The notes below the pieces were generated by a model that was given only the letters and a program-made list of their open reading frames with translations, searched no databases and had not been told where the DNA came from. The position numbers and the translations under genes were made by a program. A stretch of DNA of 64,000 nucleotides from an uncultured Pseudomonadota bacterium (GTDB lineage: Bacteria > Pseudomonadota > Alphaproteobacteria > Acetobacterales > Acetobacteraceae). Positions 57,875-64,000 of this stretch are shown piece after piece; position 1 is the stretch's first letter; every line of letters starts with the position of its first letter. The stretch is from the NCBI GenBank assembly GCA_963780465.1, contig CAWACI010000006.1, forward strand, positions 11,676 to 75,675, written 5' to 3'.

Positions 57875-59173
57875 TCAGGCTGGGCCGTGCCCGTGCGCCG
57901 CCGCCAGCGTCGCCACGCGGGCGCCCGGCTTCTTCACGAACACCGCCATGGCCAACACGCCGGCCACGGCAAGCGCGGAAGCAATCGCAAATGCGCTGCT
58001 ATATCCACCGAAATACTGCACCGCGAAGCCGGTCGCGGTCGGCCCGATGATGCCCGAAATATTGCTGAGCAGATGGATGAAGCCGCTCACACCGCCAACC
58101 CGCGTCTCCGGCACGATTTCATGAATCGTTGCCCAGCAGGATTGCACCGAGCTGGTCAGCATCATCACGGCCACCGCGATCAGCGTCACGGCGACCATCG
58201 CATTCGGTGCAGCATTGACCGCGATCAAGGCAACGGCGGCAAGCGCCAAAGGCAGGATGGTCGTCAACTTGCGTGCCGTCAGCCGCGTGCGCATATGGCG
58301 ATACGCGAAATCGGCGATGATGCCGCCGCCGACATATCCCACGAAGCCGCAAGCCCAGGGAATGGCCGCCACGAAGGCCATCTTTTTCACGTCCATGTGC
58401 AGCGCCGTGGTCAGGTAGGTCGGCAGCCAGGACAGGAAGATGTACAGCGTGTAGTTCACGGCAAACATGCCGAGGCCGAGCGACAACGTGCTGGCACGGC
58501 CGAGATAGGCGCGCAGCGGCAAGGCCCGGTCTTCCGCCGTGACGATCGTCGCCGCGCGGCTGGTGGCCACCAGCTCGATTTCGCCGGCGCCGACGCGGCG
58601 GTTCTGCTTCGGCAGATCAGTGACGAAATACAGCCACGCCACAACCCAAAGCAGGCCGAGCGCGCCAATGGCAAAAAACGCAATGCGCCAGCCATAGGCG
58701 ATGGCGAGCAGCCCGACGATGGGCGCGGCGATGGCGCTGCCAACCGTCTGGCCGGAAAAGGTAAAACCGATCGTCCGCGACGTTTCCTCGCGCGGGAACC
58801 AATTGGTGATGGTCCGGTTGGTCGTTGAATTCATCGGACCTTCGGCGAAACCGAACAACGCCCGCACGATGAACAGCGACGCGAAACCGGTCACGGCACC
58901 GGTTAAGGCGCACAGAATCGACCACGCTGTCGCCGACCAGGTATAAACCGCGCGCGGGCCGTATTTGTCGGCAAGCTGACCGCCGACAAAGGCGAAAATC
59001 GCATAGCCAAAAAAGAACGTACTGAAGATGATGCCCAAGGCCGAAGGCGACAGGCCCAGATCCTTCTGGACAAACGGCGCCGCGACGCCAAGCGCGGCAC
59101 GATCCATGTAATTGATGATTCCTGCTATGAACAGCAGAAACGCGACAACGAAGCGGTATTTCCCGGACTTCAT
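57875..59173 (-). CDS. MFS transporter, ExuT-like hexuronate/ACS family
   Basis: INYMDRA.L.VA.P...DLGLS....G.IFS.FF.GYA, R.LFG.AEGP, WFP..E.....G, Y.F.SWLPTYL. Likely start MKSGKY at 59173. Confidence 0.88.
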   Translation of the reverse strand: MKSGKYRFVVAFLLFIAGIINYMDRAALGVAAPFVQKDLGLSPSALGIIFSTFFFGYAIFAFVGGQLADKYGPRAVYTWSATAWSILCALTGAVTGFASLFIVRALFGFAEGPMNSTTNRTITNWFPREETSRTIGFTFSGQTVGSAIAAPIVGLLAIAYGWRIAFFAIGALGLLWVVAWLYFVTDLPKQNRRVGAGEIELVATSRAATIVTAEDRALPLRAYLGRASTLSLGLGMFAVNYTLYIFLSWLPTYLTTALHMDVKKMAFVAAIPWACGFVGYVGGGIIADFAYRHMRTRLTARKLTTILPLALAAVALIAVNAAPNAMVAVTLIAVAVMMLTSSVQSCWATIHEIVPETRVGGVSGFIHLLSNISGIIGPTATGFAVQYFGGYSSAFAIASALAVAGVLAMAVFVKKPGARVATLAAAHGHGPA

Positions 59174-59273
59174 TCGTATCCTCCTATTATCGCACCTGTG
59201 CGGCGCTACGGTATTATGTTCCCGTCTAGAACAAGGTCCGCCTCCCTGAAAGTGGTCTTTTCTAAAACAAAAA

Positions 59274-60380
59274 TCAGATAAACGTGATCGTGCACGGGCT
59301 GGCACTCGGGAGAGCATCACCAACTTGCGTGAGGTTACCATCAATTTTTGAAATCGCGAATTGCACGATGCTATCCCCTTGTTCGGCCGCCACGATCAGC
59401 CGGTCGCCTTCGGGAGTCAACGTCATGAAACGCGGGTCGCGGCCATTGGCCGGCGTCCAGCCCGAGACCGCCAACCTCCCCGCCGCGGCGTCGAAAGCGA
59501 GGCGGGTGATACCGTCCTGCCCGCGGTTCGACACGTAAACATGCCGGCCATCTTGCGTGATGACGATCGCCGCCGTGGTGCTGGCGCCAAAAAAATCCGG
59601 TGGCAGCGCTGCGGCCAGATGCAGCGGCTCCAGCACGCCGGTTTTTGCGTGCCAGCGGCAGGTCGCCACGGTCGAATCGAGCTCGTTGACGACGAAGGCG
59701 AAAGGCAAGGTCGGGTGGAACACCATATGCCGCGGCCCAGACCCAGGGCGCATCATTGTATGGCTCACCAGCGAAAGTTTGGCCGAAGCGGCATCGAGGC
59801 GCAGCACGAAAACCCGGTCCACGCCTTTATCGGGAATGAGGATGAACGCTCCGCTCGGGTCGAACACCACATGATGCGGATGCGCGATGGTCTGCTCGGT
59901 GCGGTGCGGGCCCGGTTCACCCGGAAGCTCCAGCAACTGAACCACATCGCCCAGCGCGCCATCCGGCCGCACCGGCAGCAGCGCCACCGAGCCGCTGGCG
60001 TAATTGGCCACGACGAGAAATTGACCCGTCGGGTCGAGTGCCTGGTGCACCCCGTTCATGCCGCCGCTGGCAGCCTTGCTGATCGGCCGGAGTGCGGCGT
60101 TCTCGACATCAATGGCAAACGCCGAGACATAATCGGCATCGCCATGCACGGCATACAGCACGCGGCGCGTCTTGTCGGCGACCAGAAACGACGGATTGAC
60201 AAGATCACCGACATGGCCGGCCGGCGACCAGGCGCCGGAGGTGGGATCGATGGTGTAGATATCGATCCCCTTGCCCCGCGCCTTGCGCCGTTCCGTGGTA
60301 AAGCAGCCGACAAAGGCAAGCCTTGCCATGCCGGCCGCGTGCGGCGATGACGTTGCCAGATCCGTCGCGTCCAACGTCAT
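59274..60380 (-). CDS. Lactonase, YbhE/Pgl beta-propeller family
   Basis: NPSFL, LVVANY.SGSV, AHPH....DP.G....PDKG.D, GSGPRH..FHP, YVSNRG.D, PR...L.P.G. Confidence 0.9.
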   Translation of the reverse strand: MTLDATDLATSSPHAAGMARLAFVGCFTTERRKARGKGIDIYTIDPTSGAWSPAGHVGDLVNPSFLVADKTRRVLYAVHGDADYVSAFAIDVENAALRPISKAASGGMNGVHQALDPTGQFLVVANYASGSVALLPVRPDGALGDVVQLLELPGEPGPHRTEQTIAHPHHVVFDPSGAFILIPDKGVDRVFVLRLDAASAKLSLVSHTMMRPGSGPRHMVFHPTLPFAFVVNELDSTVATCRWHAKTGVLEPLHLAAALPPDFFGASTTAAIVITQDGRHVYVSNRGQDGITRLAFDAAAGRLAVSGWTPANGRDPRFMTLTPEGDRLIVAAEQGDSIVQFAISKIDGNLTQVGDALPSASPCTITFI

Positions 60381-60392
60381 CGCCCGCTCTCC

Positions 60393-61109
60393 TTATTCCG
60401 CGGCCTTGGCCTGGGCGCGATGCGCCTCATAGCGCGCCTTGTTCTCGGCATTCGGCGGATACAGGCCCGGCAGCGACGCGCCATTCTTCACTTCGTTGTA
60501 GATCCAGGATTCCTGATGCTCCTGCTCCACGGCGGCGGCCACCACCTCCTCGAGCAGCGCAGCCGGAATCACCACCGCGCCATCGTCATCGACGACAATC
60601 ACGTCATCGGGGAACACCGCGACGCCGCCGCAGCCGATCGGCTGCTGCCAGTTCACGAAGGTGAGGCCGGCGACCGATGGCGGGGCGGCAGCACCCTGGC
60701 ACCAGACGGGCAGGTCGGTGGCGAGAACACCCGCCACGTCGCGCACCACGCCATCGGTGATCAGCGCGGCGACGCCACGCACCTTCATGCGCTCGCAGAG
60801 AATATCGCCGAAAATGCCGGCATCGGTGACGCCCATCGCATCGACCACGGCGATGCAGCCTTCCGGCATGGCTTCGATCGCCGCACGGGTGGAGATCGGC
60901 GAGCTCCAGGAGGCCGGCGTTGCCAAGTCCTCGCGGGCCGGCACGAAGCGCAGCGTGAAGGCCGGGCCCACCAGACGTTTTTGGCCCGGCTTCAGCGGCT
61001 TGGTGCCGCGCAACCACACATTGCGCAGGCCCTTCTTCAGCAACACGGTGGTCAGCGTCGCGGTCGCCACGCCGGAGAGTGCATCAATAATCTTCTGGTC
61101 CAATGCCAT
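60393..61109 (-). CDS. RraA/HMG-aldolase-family protein
   Basis: ATATLT..L.K.G.RN.W, GPAFTLRF.PAREDLA, G.FGDILC.R..VRG.A.L.TDGV.RD, PIGCGGVAVFP.D..V.D.DG.V.IP. Confidence 0.88.
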   Translation of the reverse strand: MALDQKIIDALSGVATATLTTVLLKKGLRNVWLRGTKPLKPGQKRLVGPAFTLRFVPAREDLATPASWSSPISTRAAIEAMPEGCIAVVDAMGVTDAGIFGDILCERMKVRGVAALITDGVVRDVAGVLATDLPVWCQGAAAPPSVAGLTFVNWQQPIGCGGVAVFPDDVIVVDDDGAVVIPAALLEEVVAAAVEQEHQESWIYNEVKNGASLPGLYPPNAENKARYEAHRAQAKAAE

Positions 61110-61149
61110 TTCAAAAGTCCTGTAAATGGTTGCTGTTGATGAAATTGTC

Positions 61150-61935
61150 TTACACGCTGGCGATCAGGCCGCCATCGACACGGATCACCGAGCCGGTGAG
61201 ATACGCGGCGCGCTCGCTCGCCAGAAAGGCGACCACATCGCCGTATTCCTCGGGCTTGCCATAACGGCCGACCGGAATGCTGCCGGTGCTCTCGGCGGAG
61301 ACCTCCTCCACGCTCCGCCCCTCGCGCTTGGCCTTCGCCTCGTCGAGGAATTTGATGCGATCCGTGGCGATGCGCCCGGGCAGGATGATGTTCGCGGTCA
61401 CGCCATCACGGCCGACTTCGCGCGCCAAAGTCTTCGACCAGCCGACCAGCGAAAGGCGCAGCGCGTTGGAGATGCCGAGATTCGGGATCGGCGCGACCAC
61501 GCCCGACGAGGTGCTGGTGATGATCCGGCCCCATTTGCGCGCGCGCATGCCGGGCAGCACCGCATCGGTGATGGCGATCACCGACACCACCATCGACTGG
61601 AAGAATTTCGTCCACACTTCCGGGTCCTGGCCGCTGGCCGGGGTCGGCGGCGGGCCGCCGGTATTATTGACCAGAATATCAACCGGCCCGAGCTCGCTCT
61701 CGATTTTTTGGATATGCCCAGGGATCAGCGACAAATCCGCCAGATCCCAGACCAGACCGCAGCTCTTCGCGCCCGCCGCCGCCACGGCGGCCTGGGTCGC
61801 CTCGATCGCCTTCGGGTCGATATCACCGACGGCGATGTTCACGCCCTCGGCCGCCAGCGACGTCGCAATCGCCCGGCCTAGACCACCGCCGCCGCCAAGC
61901 ACCAGAGCGGTTTTACCTTTTAATTTAAAATCCAT
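61150..61935 (-). CDS. Short-chain dehydrogenase/reductase
   Basis: LGGGGGLG.AIA, VNNTGGP, NLGISN.LR..L.GW.KTLA.EV, N.ILPGRI.T.R, P.GR.G.PEE, G..IRVDGG. Confidence 0.92.
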   Translation of the reverse strand: MDFKLKGKTALVLGGGGGLGRAIATSLAAEGVNIAVGDIDPKAIEATQAAVAAAGAKSCGLVWDLADLSLIPGHIQKIESELGPVDILVNNTGGPPPTPASGQDPEVWTKFFQSMVVSVIAITDAVLPGMRARKWGRIITSTSSGVVAPIPNLGISNALRLSLVGWSKTLAREVGRDGVTANIILPGRIATDRIKFLDEAKAKREGRSVEEVSAESTGSIPVGRYGKPEEYGDVVAFLASERAAYLTGSVIRVDGGLIASV

Positions 61936-62135
61936 TCCTCGTTCCCATCTGCGCGAAAATGCCGCGCCTTGTCGATTGTCGGTGAACGCGGATGATAAGA
62001 GAAGCCATAAATTAGAAAATATAGCTTTCTATTCGTTCACACCAAAGTTTTGCTATCTTCAGCCTGAGCATGCCAAGGATACGGGGACGCGCAGCGCCCC
62101 CGGTATGTCTGGCCTCACCCCATCGCTGTTGCCGC

Positions 62136-63257
62136 CTATTGCCACGCCTCCGCCTGGAAGCGGGCGATGGCTTTTTCGTCAAAACTGTATCCCAGCCCCG
62201 GCCCGGTCGGCAGCGCCACCCCGCCCGGGCGGAGTTCCAGCTGCCGGTCGATAATCTCGCGGAAATTGAACACCTTGCCATCGGGAAAAAACTCCACGAA
62301 CTGGCCGTTCGACGCGGCGCCGACCAGATGCACATGCAGATCATGGAACCAATGCGGGCACAATGTCACGCCGTAGCAATCGGCCAGCGCGGAAATCCGC
62401 CGGTACTCCGTGATGCCGCCGCAGACCGCCGCATCGGTCTGCAGGATCGCCGCCGCCTGTTTGTCGAGCAGTTCCTTGAACCGCCAGCGCCCCGCCTCGA
62501 TCTCGCCGGTCACCACCGGCACATGCGTCGCTGCCGCCAGCCTGGCATGGTTGTCGATCTGGTCCGGGCTGAACGGCTCCTCGATCCAATACGGGTCATA
62601 CGGGGCGAAGCGGTCCATATACCGCAAGGCCGTCGGCACATCTGACCAGGCGTTATTGGCGTCCAGCATCAGCAGCACATCCGGCCCGATCGCCTTGCGT
62701 GCCGCGGCGATCCGCGCCTCCTCCGATTTCAGGTCGCCGCGCCCCACTTTCATCTTCACGGCGTTCAGGCCCAGCGCTACATAGCCGGCCATTTCCTCGC
62801 CCAGCATCTCCGGCGTCTTGCCTTCGAGATAATACCCGCCGCTGCCATAGGCCGGCACCATCTCCTCATGCGCCGCCCCCAGATACCGGTAGAGCGGCAG
62901 ATTGGCCGCGCGCGCATTGCGGTCCCACAGCGCGTTATCGAGAATGCTCAGGGCGCGCATCACCGAGCCGGCGCGGCCATGCAGCAGCACCTCCTGATAC
63001 ATCATCTGCCAGAGCCGCTCGGTGGAGGTCGAGTCCTCGCCGAGCAGCAACGGCGCCAGCATTTCGCGCACCGCCAGCGTCACCACCTTGCCGCCCGAAT
63101 GCCCGGCATAACAATGGCCGATGCCCTCCAGCCCGTCATCCGTGCGGATTTTGACGAGGCTGTATTCGCGCGCCGTCACGCTCCGCCGCGCGAAGGCGGT
63201 CGCGTGTTGCAAGGGGATGCGCACCGTCCGTGCCTGGACAGAGGTGATCTTGGCCAT
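62136..63257 (-). CDS. Mandelate racemase/muconate lactonizing enzyme (enolase superfamily) protein
   Basis: LS..D.ALWD..AR...LPLY..LG, KMKVG, MLDAN.AW, WIEEP, TGE.E, LQ.DA..CGGITE, HWFHDLH, VEFF. Confidence 0.92.
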   Translation of the reverse strand: MAKITSVQARTVRIPLQHATAFARRSVTAREYSLVKIRTDDGLEGIGHCYAGHSGGKVVTLAVREMLAPLLLGEDSTSTERLWQMMYQEVLLHGRAGSVMRALSILDNALWDRNARAANLPLYRYLGAAHEEMVPAYGSGGYYLEGKTPEMLGEEMAGYVALGLNAVKMKVGRGDLKSEEARIAAARKAIGPDVLLMLDANNAWSDVPTALRYMDRFAPYDPYWIEEPFSPDQIDNHARLAAATHVPVVTGEIEAGRWRFKELLDKQAAAILQTDAAVCGGITEYRRISALADCYGVTLCPHWFHDLHVHLVGAASNGQFVEFFPDGKVFNFREIIDRQLELRPGGVALPTGPGLGYSFDEKAIARFQAEAWQ

Positions 63258-63360
63258 GTTTTTTCTCCCGACGAGGTGCTCGCGCACCCGGTTTTTACAC
63301 GTTGCTTTGGCGGCGTTGTAACCGCTTACACTGAGAGGCTAGGAGATCCCCGGAGGGGTG

Positions 63361-64000
63361 TCAAACCACCCCCGGGCGACGCAACAACACCTGTTGCGTC
63401 GCCCGCTGCACGGCGCCGGTCGCCGCCCGCCGGTAGTTCCAGAGCGCGCCCTCCGGCGGCGCGTTGATCGCCATCGTCGCGTTCGTTTCAAACAGCAACA
63501 CCGATCCATCCGGCGACAACGCAAAATCGGCGCCGGCGAAATCGAGCGCCAGATTGCCGCATAACGCTTGCAGCGCCGTCATCGCCCGAGCGCCCAGCAC
63601 GCCCGGCATATCGTCCAGAAACCGGCGCTCCTCCTCACGGAACGCGGCATTCGCCTGCATCGCCGCGGTAAAATAATGCACCTTCCAATCGGGCGAAATC
63701 GCCAGATGCCAGGGATAGACCTGCCCTTCGATGAACATGACCCGGTATTTCCGCACCATGCCATCCGCCGCTCGCACAGCAAAATATTCGATCATGAACA
63801 ACTCGTCGCCAGGCAACTGCGCGATCATCCCGGCCAGGGACGCACGCGACTCGACCAGAACAAAATGCTGCCCGGTATGCAGCCCGGGCGTGCGCAGCAG
63901 GAACGGAAACGGCAAATGTTTGCCGGCCAAAATATCGTCACGCCGCGCCAGGCGCACCTGCGGCACAACCAGCCCCTCGATCCCGGCGCCAAGCCGGCCC
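63361..64000 (-). CDS. C-terminal part of a hypothetical protein with ATP-grasp/glutathione-synthetase-like tail (5' part outside window)
   Basis: FP.LLR.PG.HTGQHF..VE, DG..RKYRVMFI.G..YP.HLAIS..WKVHYFTA.M, LD.AG.DF....DG..L.FE.NATM. Frame is open to the window edge. Confidence 0.7.
   Translation of the reverse strand, partial: GRLGAGIEGLVVPQVRLARRDDILAGKHLPFPFLLRTPGLHTGQHFVLVESRASLAGMIAQLPGDELFMIEYFAVRAADGMVRKYRVMFIEGQVYPWHLAISPDWKVHYFTAAMQANAAFREEERRFLDDMPGVLGARAMTALQALCGNLALDFAGADFALSPDGSVLLFETNATMAINAPPEGALWNYRRAATGAVQRATQQVLLRRPGVV

Noticed and set aside
59209-59235. TGTTC-N7-GAACA as an alphaproteobacterial LexA box
   Set aside because: The alphaproteobacterial LexA site is a direct repeat (GTTC-N7-GTTC); this is an inverted repeat and there is no SOS gene nearby.

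Overview
GC-rich (about 65-70% by eye) alphaproteobacterial DNA; an Acetobacteraceae-like host is my inference from gene style. (1) 1-22.2 kb: a large cobalamin (B12) biosynthesis cluster in two convergent arms, each headed by a cobalamin riboswitch. The + arm is cobD-cobO-cbiB-cobQ-cobT-cobS plus a CX5R phosphatase. The - arm is DUF1636-cobW-cobN-cobG-cobH-cobI-cobJ-cobL-cobE-cobM-cobB-bluB, with cobK and cbiD embedded antisense. A partial cobU/cobP lies at the left edge. Seven of these genes carry single-base indels that look like sequencing errors. (2) 22-35.5 kb: a hydratase, an LLM oxidoreductase, glpK/glpD, an OprB-family porin next to an NRAMP-related Mg2+-type transporter, a NodW/FixJ-CheY-AraC module whose sensor kinase has decayed, and a YhiN/HI0933 flavoprotein. 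(3) 35.6-37.7 kb: a MITE, an IS630 and an IS5 stacked on one TA target. (4) 37.8-42.6 kb: an APC permease and putA. (5) 42.7-50 kb: a decaying flagellar block (flgN, flgM, fliS, fliD, a flagellin tail, and flgJ hit by ISL3, ISAs1 and IS630). (6) 50-63.3 kb: an LTTR-associated sugar-acid/uronate catabolic cluster. Nine copies of a 120-200 bp multi-hairpin, TA-targeting MITE-like repeat that I cannot assign to a named family are dispersed across the window, almost all abutting stop codons. I saw no rRNA, tRNA or CRISPR array.
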